From Rhodothermales bacterium (GTDB lineage Bacteria; Bacteroidota; Rhodothermia; Rhodothermales; Bin80), in contig OZ244857.1 of the NCBI GenBank assembly GCA_965220935.1, forward strand, positions 3,689,844 through 3,753,843: a stretch of DNA of 64,000 nt. The letters are read 5' to 3'. Positions 56,398 to 64,000 of the stretch are shown piece after piece; the stretch's first letter is position 1, and each line of letters starts with the position of its first letter. Below the pieces are notes generated by a model. That model was not told the origin of the DNA. It worked only from the letters and a program-made list of their open reading frames with translations, and made no database searches. A program made the translations under genes and the position numbers.

Positions 56398-56856
56398 ATG
56401 GCATTCCTGCTTTGGAAACGCCCAACGGGGCCCGTATCGGGGCAGCTGTATCGTAGAGCAGGCCATGACTCTACCATTGTTGCACGGGCGGTGGTAAGTG
56501 ATAGTGCTTCAAGTCCGCTTGCAAGGCAGCTGGTGGTGGATCTTTTAACCAGAGATCTCTACATCAGAATCGAAAAGACAGGCCATTGCGGAGCCATCTC
56601 GGATTACTATGACAAAGTCAATCTCCGATTGCAAGCGACCAAAGATCTTCTGGAACAAGCATTCCTTGCTGCGCGCCCCGTTCAATTATATAGCGATGAG
56701 CAGACTCAATGTTTCTCCTACTCAATTACCTATCACATCCCTCTTCCTGAGCCGATGAACTGGCGGAGACATGTGATCACTAAAGTGCCGTTACAACTCA
56801 CCATCATCCACCCAATCGCAGACTTTAAATACTTCACACATCAGCAAGATGATTAA
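56398..56856 (+). CDS. hypothetical protein (first gene of operon)
   Basis: Internal Met of ORF 56236..56856, preceded by GGAGG. 8-nt overlap (ATGATTAA) with the next gene. No family recognised. Confidence 0.45.
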   Translation: MAFLLWKRPTGPVSGQLYRRAGHDSTIVARAVVSDSASSPLARQLVVDLLTRDLYIRIEKTGHCGAISDYYDKVNLRLQATKDLLEQAFLAARPVQLYSDEQTQCFSYSITYHIPLPEPMNWRRHVITKVPLQLTIIHPIADFKYFTHQQDD

Positions 56857-57517
56857 GCTACTCGCAACCATGATGCTCGGAGGCCTATGTCTTCAAACTG
56901 TAGACGCACAGCAGTTTGACCAGCTCACACGCCCCGTCGCCATTCTTTCGGATAGTACCCAGGTTTGGGAAATGCTAGATGCGCTGCTTATTCCAGCACT
57001 TGGCCCGGTCAGTCAAGCCGATGTGGTAGATGTCACAGGGAATGGGTTCGGCCCCAATGATCTCGTTGTGCTTTATCCAAGCATGGAGACCTATGAAATT
57101 GGTAGCGATGTGCCGCAAGCTCTATTAGATGCAATGAAATCATGGGAAATCTCTGCCGATTACCGACTAGATGCACTACGAGCAGAAAGAACCCGGATTG
57201 CCTCGGATGCGCATGCCAATCAGGACGCGCGGGCCGCCTTGACATCCGATGTGCTCGGTGTGGTATCCCGATACTACCAAGGAGATCATTTTGATATGCG
57301 GATGTCGCAGGATTTTGAAGGTGTACGCTTAGAAATCTGGAATTATGATCCCAGCGCATTACAGTATAGAGGGTCAATCCAATCTGCCAGTCCAGATACA
57401 CTCTGGCAGGCCTTCCGATTTTCAAGCCCCGCGGTAGTGATGGCCTTTAAGGATGTCTCTGACTGCGTTGAAACCTACTCTGAAAATGGACTTGTTCAAA
57501 CACGCCCATGTCAATGA
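56849..57517 (+). CDS. secreted hypothetical protein
   Basis: Signal peptide 'MIKLLATMMLGGLCLQTVDAQ'. 222 aa. No family recognised. Confidence 0.55.
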   Translation: MIKLLATMMLGGLCLQTVDAQQFDQLTRPVAILSDSTQVWEMLDALLIPALGPVSQADVVDVTGNGFGPNDLVVLYPSMETYEIGSDVPQALLDAMKSWEISADYRLDALRAERTRIASDAHANQDARAALTSDVLGVVSRYYQGDHFDMRMSQDFEGVRLEIWNYDPSALQYRGSIQSASPDTLWQAFRFSSPAVVMAFKDVSDCVETYSENGLVQTRPCQ

Positions 57518-57630
57518 ACCCACCAATTAGGTGCAATCGGATATCCTTTCATAGATGCAAAATTGACCATTTTCAAAGATGTATGACGGGTGATTTCATT
57601 CACATTCATCATAACCGAATCAACACACTA

Positions 57631-58176
57631 ATGAGATATACACTACTGTTCATTCTTTTTCATTTTTGGTCTGTATTTCCCACAGTCGGGCAATCCGTAT
57701 CGGTCAGTGCGTCAATTACGCTGACGAGTCCAGCGCCTACATGCTCATTTACCCGAGATTCCCACCTCTCTTTCGGGAGCGTGGAAAAACCGAGTAGTGG
57801 AACAGGGTCTGTGGCTGTCAACGCGCAGACGGGTGCGCGAACGATCAGTGGAGTGTCGGGAGGCGGAGGGACGACGGTAGGTCAGCTACGCTTGACGGGA
57901 TCCAATGTAGCCAACTACTCGGTATCAAGGTCATTTCCTTCAGATCTGACACAATCCACTGATGCGTTGACTTTCAGTGGTACATGGTCTCAATCTACGA
58001 GCCCCACATCGGGTTATTCCTCCATCAGTGGCACTTCGTACAGTGGTACAGCGAGTGGTGCAGGCACTTCATTTTCTCGATATTTTCGATTTGGTGGAAC
58101 TGTCAGTGGCATAGATCTCTCCGACCAAAATGGAACGTATACAGGGACGATCACCGCCACAGGGACATGCAGTTAA
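57631..58176 (+). CDS. SCPU/DUF4402-like secreted fibre subunit 1
   Basis: Signal peptide 'MRYTLLFILFHFWSVFPTVGQS', 'TCSFTRDSHLSFGSV' and C-terminal 'FRFGGTVSGIDLSDQNGTYTGTITATGTCS'. This is the pattern of spore-coat-U/Csu-type pilins. Confidence 0.6.
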   Translation: MRYTLLFILFHFWSVFPTVGQSVSVSASITLTSPAPTCSFTRDSHLSFGSVEKPSSGTGSVAVNAQTGARTISGVSGGGGTTVGQLRLTGSNVANYSVSRSFPSDLTQSTDALTFSGTWSQSTSPTSGYSSISGTSYSGTASGAGTSFSRYFRFGGTVSGIDLSDQNGTYTGTITATGTCS

Positions 58177-58689
58177 ATGAGGTTTAGTCTCATCGTCATT
58201 GTTTGTTGTAATGCTGTCCATGCACAGACCAGTAGCACAATGCAGATTCAACTAGAAGTCCTTCCAAGGGCTCTATCGGTGAGCGTGAGTAGCGCTCATC
58301 TAGATTTTGCAGAACAGCGTGCAGATGCTGGATCTGTAACGCTTGATCCTACAAAAGGACTAACCAATCAAAAAGCTGCAGGGGCTCATGCAGTTGGAGA
58401 AGTGATTGTGGAAGGGCCGGCCAGATCCAAATTTCTGGTCAGCCTTGACCATACAGCGTCTCTCAAACAAATAGGTGGAGATTACGAAGTTGACTATACC
58501 CCGACTTGGGCTCAGACGCGTGGATGTGGGCTTAGAGATTTTGTTGAGTCTACAAGCATTCAAGGAGCGATGGGAACTTTGGGAGAGGATGGGTGCGCGA
58601 CGCTTCGGTTTGGGGGGACGGTACATCTTGTAGGAACCCCCCAAGGACGCTATGCTGGACAGCTTGCCGTTCGCATTATGGCTTTATGA
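58177..58689 (+). CDS. SCPU/DUF4402-like secreted fibre subunit 2
   Basis: Signal peptide, 'HLDFAEQRADAGSVTL', 'GEVIVEGPARSKFLVSL' and C-terminal 'LRFGGTVHLVGTPQGRYAGQLAVRIMAL'. Confidence 0.6.
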   Translation: MRFSLIVIVCCNAVHAQTSSTMQIQLEVLPRALSVSVSSAHLDFAEQRADAGSVTLDPTKGLTNQKAAGAHAVGEVIVEGPARSKFLVSLDHTASLKQIGGDYEVDYTPTWAQTRGCGLRDFVESTSIQGAMGTLGEDGCATLRFGGTVHLVGTPQGRYAGQLAVRIMAL

Positions 58690-59465
58690 CAAGATACAGG
58701 ATTATTTTTCTGATTGCCATTGCATGGGTGGCCAAAAAGGCTGATGCGCAAGCCTCATTGAGTGTCACGCCCGCATATGTGGTGACCACCGATGAGATCC
58801 CTTTTGGGTCATTTGTTCTGTCCAATCAAGGGACAGAGCCTGTTGAAATAACAATTAGTGCACACTATGGTGTGATTGCATCAACCGATTCTACGACTGA
58901 AGTTGTCCTTGGCCAAGCAGGACAACTTGGGGATCTATCACCATTTTTAACCTTTTTCCCTCACCGATGTATCCTCTCAGCACAGAGTGAGCAAACCGTC
59001 CGCTACCGAATTCGGCCACCACCTGAGGGAGGATATATCACGCTCATGCATTTTGCAATGCGTGAGCGTGGGGCAACAGTAGACGGTCAGATTCCCGAAG
59101 TTGCCAGTGGGCTTAGCATCGTGTATAACTTGGTCGCTCCAGTGACTTATCTTCAAGGGCGGGGCATTCCTGTTCTTACAGCTCACCCCTTAAACCTCCG
59201 CGTGCAGGAACTCCTTCTATTGTTAGAAAATCACAGCCGTTGGCCCTTTTTTGGTGGGATACGCGTGATTCAAGGTGAGCAGCAACTTGGAAGAGCAGAA
59301 GCAGCGGTCTATACCAAACGTCTCATTCGAATTCCAGTATCCAAAATCCTAAGTGATCAGGCCGTTCGTTTAGAGTTTGACACGGATTATACAGGACTTA
59401 AACGGTTGATCCGAAGTCAATTGGGGATACCAGATCCGGTCTATCTGACCGAGTCTAATGATTAA
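58686..59465 (+). CDS. PapD-like periplasmic pilus chaperone (putative)
   Basis: Signal peptide 'MTRYRIIFLIAIAWVAKKADAQ', then 'SLSVTPAYVV...FVLSNQGTEPVEITISA...FFPHRCILSAQSEQTVRYRI' (chaperone N-domain pattern). ATGA overlap upstream. Confidence 0.6.
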   Translation: MTRYRIIFLIAIAWVAKKADAQASLSVTPAYVVTTDEIPFGSFVLSNQGTEPVEITISAHYGVIASTDSTTEVVLGQAGQLGDLSPFLTFFPHRCILSAQSEQTVRYRIRPPPEGGYITLMHFAMRERGATVDGQIPEVASGLSIVYNLVAPVTYLQGRGIPVLTAHPLNLRVQELLLLLENHSRWPFFGGIRVIQGEQQLGRAEAAVYTKRLIRIPVSKILSDQAVRLEFDTDYTGLKRLIRSQLGIPDPVYLTESND

Positions 59466-61695
59466 GGGGGCTGGATTGATGATTGCATTGCTTTTGCATG
59501 TACGAGCGGGATATGCCCAAGTTTTAATGGAGGTGCCTTTGTTGTTGGAACTTCCACGTAATGAACATCTCGTTCGTGCATGGTATGATGGAGAGACGTT
59601 CTTTGTGGATGGTCACGAGTTGTTTCGACACCTTGAATTTTCGGTCATCACCAATGGATCTAATCTCAAGGCACTTGATGCACATCGTCAGTATGCATTT
59701 GAGTGTGCAGGAATATTAGATGTCTCAAAGTGTTCCATTGCTCTGAACGATGTATTGGATCACCTCAATCATGTATTGGATTTTGATGAAACACGCCTGC
59801 AGTTAAGGGCATCATCTGTTGCAACAACATTTAATCTCCAATCAACGCGTAAGAAGCACTGGGTAGAGGTGCCGGGCCCTCACCTGTTCCCTCAGGCGCG
59901 TCAATTATGGGGTGGTGTAATGGCGGGATGGCAACTTCGTCGCGATAGGTTTGGTGTTCGTCCCTCGGTTCAGATGACGACCAGTGCACTCTATGGTACG
60001 ATTAAAGCTGAGATAGGGAGCGGTCCATCATGGCAGTACACCTACGACCGCCCACATCATAGATGGCTGACTCAGATGGGAGTTAGAGGATTTAAGGGTA
60101 GGATACCTCAATTGTTAGCCACAAATCGTCCACTGATTCATCCACGCTTACAGCATATCAATGTGATTCGTGGGCGATCAACTCCACACGCCCTCATACA
60201 GGCTCTAATCAGTGGAGAGGTCGTTGATCAAGTTCAGGCCGACGGCCATGGTCATTATCAGCTGAGCACCCCACTATGGTACGGGACAACGAAGATGCAG
60301 ATCCGCACCCAATCACTGGGAGGAAGAAAAGCGTCCTCTCACTATTCATATCTACTTACGCCTGCCTCCTTGCTTCCATCTGGAAAGATCTATTATCATC
60401 TGGTAGGGCGTCCCTCCGCATATGCGCTCAAGATTCAGTATGGCCTCCATCAGAGACTCACCCTTGATACATCGTTACAGCAGAATCAATCCCACAGGCG
60501 GATTTCGGTGGGGGCGACGATCAGGGGCGCTAAATTTTTGATTCTCACCACAAATGTGTTAGTCTCTGATCGCATTTGGGAAGGATCACTTCATCTGTGG
60601 CGCTCCAGAATGCAGATGACAGCATCTGTCGCCGCTCAACCCAATCAATTCTGGAATGCCAACCTGAGCGCTTCGGCGCATTTAGGCGACGTCACCATGT
60701 TTGTGAGGAGCCAGCAGTCTACCTTCAACGGGATCTATCAGCAGTTTTCCATCAATCCTGAACTCATGGTTCATCACTCCAGCGGACTGCTCATCCATAC
60801 CAGCTATGAAATTGACCGAACCCAAGGCATATCCAATGGAATGACATCACACTGGAAGGCATCGGCTGGCTGGTCATTTTCACGCACTCGGGTATCAGCG
60901 TTTGCTGATCATCGGCTTAGGCAAAAGGTTTACGGACTTGAGGGAATTCTTTTACGCCGACATCAATCTCTGGGCTTCTCAATTGGATGGGACGCGAGGA
61001 ATCAAGCCGTAGTGGGCCGCCTTCGTATACAGGCATCATCCGCATTTGGCAGTTTATTTTCACGTATCCAAAGCGATGCTACCGGTATCTCTGACTCGCA
61101 ATATCTTCAGGGGAGTCTACATCTGGGTCAGGAACTATCGTTATCGCCATCGTCTTATCAGGCCAGCGCCGCAGAGCTGAGAATTTTTGAAGACCTCAAC
61201 GGGAACGCAATCTTTGATCCAAGCGAGCGAATTCTATCTCACATAGATGCCCAATTATATGAGGGTGCATGGGTGCGGTTAAGAACGGGTGCACTGTATG
61301 TTGCCCATCTTGAACCCTACCAAACATATCAGGTCCGAATTATGGAGGCCTCCATCCGAAATCCATCTCTGTACCCATCTACAGGGTTGGAATTTAGTTT
61401 TACCGCGGACCCAGGCAAACGAAAAATCATTGATGTTCCGATGCAACAGATGATGACAGTCACTGGCCAGATTACAAGTTTGGATCGCGCGCCTCTGCGT
61501 TTGATGGCACGCTTTAATGAGCATACTGATACCGAAGTCTACAGTGACGGTGGATTTAGCGTCCAGATCCGCCCTGGTCAGTACAGTGTCTCAATTATTG
61601 ATGTATTGAGCCAAGATGTCCTTGCAGAAAAAATGATTCAGGTCCAAACGATGCCACTTGAAGTCACGATTGATCTTCATGAGGACGCAAAATGA
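59458..61695 (+). CDS. usher-like outer-membrane protein (putative)
   Basis: 745 aa with a signal peptide. The N-terminus 'VPLLLELPRNEHLVRAWYDGETFFVDGHELFRHLEF' resembles usher N-domains. Long beta-rich middle and a C-terminal CarboxypepD_reg-like segment. Confidence 0.5.
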   Translation: MIKGAGLMIALLLHVRAGYAQVLMEVPLLLELPRNEHLVRAWYDGETFFVDGHELFRHLEFSVITNGSNLKALDAHRQYAFECAGILDVSKCSIALNDVLDHLNHVLDFDETRLQLRASSVATTFNLQSTRKKHWVEVPGPHLFPQARQLWGGVMAGWQLRRDRFGVRPSVQMTTSALYGTIKAEIGSGPSWQYTYDRPHHRWLTQMGVRGFKGRIPQLLATNRPLIHPRLQHINVIRGRSTPHALIQALISGEVVDQVQADGHGHYQLSTPLWYGTTKMQIRTQSLGGRKASSHYSYLLTPASLLPSGKIYYHLVGRPSAYALKIQYGLHQRLTLDTSLQQNQSHRRISVGATIRGAKFLILTTNVLVSDRIWEGSLHLWRSRMQMTASVAAQPNQFWNANLSASAHLGDVTMFVRSQQSTFNGIYQQFSINPELMVHHSSGLLIHTSYEIDRTQGISNGMTSHWKASAGWSFSRTRVSAFADHRLRQKVYGLEGILLRRHQSLGFSIGWDARNQAVVGRLRIQASSAFGSLFSRIQSDATGISDSQYLQGSLHLGQELSLSPSSYQASAAELRIFEDLNGNAIFDPSERILSHIDAQLYEGAWVRLRTGALYVAHLEPYQTYQVRIMEASIRNPSLYPSTGLEFSFTADPGKRKIIDVPMQQMMTVTGQITSLDRAPLRLMARFNEHTDTEVYSDGGFSVQIRPGQYSVSIIDVLSQDVLAEKMIQVQTMPLEVTIDLHEDAK

Positions 61696-62552
61696 ATCAG
61701 CTCAAGTGGTGTTTCTTAATGATTTTATGCGGATCTGCAGGTGACTCTGAGGCGCAGCTCAGAGTTCATGGTACACTCTCATTGAATGGGATGCCTGCGC
61801 GGATTGAATCAGTATTTACGCCTGAGATGGGGGCTTGGTATGAGGCGATTGTTCAGGGGCATGAACTCAGGATGGGATCAAAGGCCATTAAGTGGGCGCC
61901 GAGCATTTCGTGTCAAGGTCAACATCCAACCAATGGTGCGCAGGTGTGTCGGGTACAGGCAGGTCGGAATCTCATTTGGTACATTTACGGGGCCACCACT
62001 GAGCAGGCAGATCCAGGGATCTACCATGGTCATGCGCGCCTGACTGTGCGGGGCGCAGGTCACCTCTATACGACATCTATCCCGGTCAGATTGAGCGTGA
62101 GGGCTATAGAGCCTCACTGTGAAATCAGTCAATCGGGAGCATTAGACTTTGGCGAGGCGCAGGCAAACACAACTGGATTGGTTTCGCTTCATTCGGTGAC
62201 GGGGCAACGCTCTGCACATGGGTATGCACTTCAAAAAACAACATCTACACGGCATCGTTTCGCGCGTTTGACTCTGAGTACCAGCGCTACGTCAGTGATG
62301 GTATCCATTGACGCACCTTCGGTGTTACGATCTGAGGGGAGTATCGTAGGATTTATGAGTCAACTCTCTTATAAATCTGCCTTATCGCCTACGTATCGCC
62401 CATTGATTGAGGGTTCTGGAAGCCGCCGAATTCAGTCAGATGGGCCAAGGCTCTTCTTTCGTCTTGGGGGGATCGTTCAGACCTATGTAACGAGTTTAGA
62501 AGCTGAGTATCAAGGAAACATTTCATTCACAATTTTATGCGAACAATCATGA
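61692..62552 (+). CDS. two-domain tip/adhesin-like subunit (CsuE-like position)
   Basis: 286 aa with a signal peptide. The second half has 'LDFGEAQANTTGLVSL' and 'FFRLGGIVQTYVTSLEAEYQGNISFTI', the same pattern as the subunits. ATGA overlap with the usher gene. Confidence 0.45.
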   Translation: MNQLKWCFLMILCGSAGDSEAQLRVHGTLSLNGMPARIESVFTPEMGAWYEAIVQGHELRMGSKAIKWAPSISCQGQHPTNGAQVCRVQAGRNLIWYIYGATTEQADPGIYHGHARLTVRGAGHLYTTSIPVRLSVRAIEPHCEISQSGALDFGEAQANTTGLVSLHSVTGQRSAHGYALQKTTSTRHRFARLTLSTSATSVMVSIDAPSVLRSEGSIVGFMSQLSYKSALSPTYRPLIEGSGSRRIQSDGPRLFFRLGGIVQTYVTSLEAEYQGNISFTILCEQS

Positions 62553-63193
62553 TAGAAACATTGCAAGACACGACGACATTTTTTTCACCAGAACAATCTT
62601 TTTCAATACTTGAGCTTTTGGGGCAGGCAGGAGGGTTTCAGTGGCCGATTTTAGCGGTCTTCATTGCTGGGATCGTAATCCTGATGTTATGTGTGGTCCG
62701 ACTCACGGATGATTACTTAGCGGCGAGGCCACTGATGCGCCTTCATTTAGAGTCTATGTCTTACACTGATCTGATAAAGGCTCAGCGTGAGATCTCCGAC
62801 AGTCTCTATACGCGGCTATTATCAGGTATGCTACAGCTGCACAACAGTCCAGAGGCAATGGGGCGAGAGCTCAGTGACATTGCCGCATCTGCCAGAGCCA
62901 CATATCAGCGGACCCAGCGGATTATCACCTATTGTTCTAGCACTGCTGGGGGGCTTGGACTTTTGGGAACATTAGTTGGAATTTATGCTCTTTTCTCAAC
63001 GGGTACGCGGGATGCCCAGATGATTTTTGCAGGAATTGCGATTGCTGTGGTATCTACGTTATTAGGGATTGTCACCAGCATTCTTTTAGAATTCTTTGAA
63101 GCCGTCATGCATAGCTATATGAGTCGCTACATTGAATCTGCTCAAACTTGGGCACAAAAGGTTCGTAGTCAAATTATGTCGTGGGACACATGA
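62537..63193 (+). CDS. exbB: MotA/TolQ/ExbB-family proton channel
   Basis: Three TM segments, 'AGGLGLLGTLVGIYALF' and 'AGIAIAVVSTLLGIVTSILLEFF'. The alternative start 62549 gives an ATGA overlap with the preceding gene. Confidence 0.8.
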   Translation: MRTIMIETLQDTTTFFSPEQSFSILELLGQAGGFQWPILAVFIAGIVILMLCVVRLTDDYLAARPLMRLHLESMSYTDLIKAQREISDSLYTRLLSGMLQLHNSPEAMGRELSDIAASARATYQRTQRIITYCSSTAGGLGLLGTLVGIYALFSTGTRDAQMIFAGIAIAVVSTLLGIVTSILLEFFEAVMHSYMSRYIESAQTWAQKVRSQIMSWDT

Positions 63194-63552
63194 GAGGAGC
63201 GATTATCTTACGTCTGGTTGACATCACATTATTGCTGCTCTTGAGTCTGATGGCAACGGCCAGTTTTATCACCTCAACGGCTGAGCTACCGATCAGCACG
63301 GCACTCACCGACAGAGGAGCCCTAATGCAACCCATGCAGATTGAATTGACATCTGACGGAAGGATTCTCGCACAGGATCAAGTGGAGTTGACACTGAGTG
63401 ATCTTGAGATGTTGGTCAAGACATGGCCTATGGAGATTGAGTTGGTGGCTGATGCCGATGCCTCCGCTGGTCAACTTTTAGGCATTCATGCGATAGCGCG
63501 TCAACACGATCGGCTTGGGGCCTTTCGGGTACAGCGCAGAGGATCACCATGA
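63190..63552 (+). CDS. exbD: ExbD/TolR-family protein 1
   Basis: 'LRLVDITLLLLLSLM' carries the conserved TM Asp. Periplasmic domain 'IELVADADASAGQLLGI'. ATGA overlap with exbB. Confidence 0.8.
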   Translation: MRGAIILRLVDITLLLLLSLMATASFITSTAELPISTALTDRGALMQPMQIELTSDGRILAQDQVELTLSDLEMLVKTWPMEIELVADADASAGQLLGIHAIARQHDRLGAFRVQRRGSP

Positions 63553-63926
63553 ACCGTGATCAAGTCCACATGCTCCGATTCATTGACTTAGGGTTGCTAC
63601 TGCTATTGGCATTCTTGTCGGTTGCAGAGTTAAATCCTACGCTGCAGGTCCCACTGCCAAATGAATCTCAGACAGAGCAGCAGACTGTAGCGGCTCGGAT
63701 CACATTTGACAGGCACTGGTCCACCACCATTAGCCGATTAGATCAAAAAGAGATGATATGCGAAACCAGAGACATAGCGTCGCTTCGCGATTGTTTGCAG
63801 AGCCAATCGTTCATGCAATTTTTAGTTGCACCTGATGCGGAGGCTACAGTGCAGCAGATCGTGACCGTTTTGGATCTCTGTAATGACGCACATCATCGCT
63901 GTGAACTAGAGCCCATCCAGCCATGA
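63549..63926 (+). CDS. exbD: ExbD/TolR-family protein 2
   Basis: 'LRFIDLGLLLLLAFL' has the TM Asp, and 'FLVAPDAEATVQQIVTVLD' follows. ATGA overlaps on both sides. Confidence 0.7.
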   Translation: MNRDQVHMLRFIDLGLLLLLAFLSVAELNPTLQVPLPNESQTEQQTVAARITFDRHWSTTISRLDQKEMICETRDIASLRDCLQSQSFMQFLVAPDAEATVQQIVTVLDLCNDAHHRCELEPIQP

Positions 63927-64000
63927 CGACAAAGACTCGGGAGCGTCTCTTTGCAGGTGGGATGACGGTTGGACTGCTTTTATTGTTTTGGCTCCTTGCA
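63923..64000 (+). CDS. TM-anchored protein, 5' part only (TonB-like position)
   Basis: Hand translation gives MTTKTRERLFAGGMTVGLLLLFWLLA, then runs off the window. Position after exbB-exbD-exbD suggests TonB. Confidence 0.35.
   Translation, partial: MTTKTRERLFAGGMTVGLLLLFWLLA

Overview
This 64-kb window is an accessory or mobile region from a bacterium that uses type IX secretion. Three giant surface proteins and two gene stubs all end in the 'YPNPF...' Por/T9SS C-terminal sorting domain. The host looks Bacteroidota/Rhodothermota-like, but the exact taxon cannot be determined from sequence alone.

The backbone is a P-type (Trb/VirB-like) conjugation apparatus broken into three blocks:
- trbC-D-E-J-L-F (12.2-17.6 kb, + strand)
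- histidine kinase, response regulator, traF, trbB (34.0-36.9 kb, - strand)
- mobC-like gene, relaxase, trbG, trbI, traG (43.9-49.3 kb, + strand)

I saw no integrase, replicase or tRNA, so ICE versus plasmid is undecided.

The cargo between and around the blocks is:
- Two FN3-rich giant adhesins (2544 aa and 1831 aa). Each is separated from its signal-peptide leader by a long poly-C tract that is currently out of frame.
- A Calx-beta/cadherin-like adhesin (1176 aa).
- A type I R-M methylase and specificity pair without hsdR.
- A Dcm methylase with a MORC-like GHKL ATPase fused to a frameshifted PD-(D/E)xK nuclease.
- A full-length TnpB lacking the third RuvC aspartate, and a TnpB stub.
- A multiply frameshifted IS110-family transposase.
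- Two ORF-less group II intron RNAs, one with a near-canonical domain V.
- A photolyase.
- A 1276-bp tandem array of AAA+/winged-helix ATPases with swapped C-terminal modules, plus an inverted pseudogene paralogue.

A 165-bp inverted repeat pair (2.2 kb and 55.3 kb) brackets about 53 kb of this material. The 12-mer TATATAATTCCC recurs in front of cargo genes.

The right end (56.2-64.0 kb) is a tightly coupled operon of 11 or more genes. It encodes an archaic (Csu/SCPU/DUF4402-like) chaperone-usher-type fibre system and runs without a break into exbB-exbD-exbD and a TonB-like ORF. This is my best candidate for an undescribed system.

All family calls come from motif reading by eye. No database search was possible.
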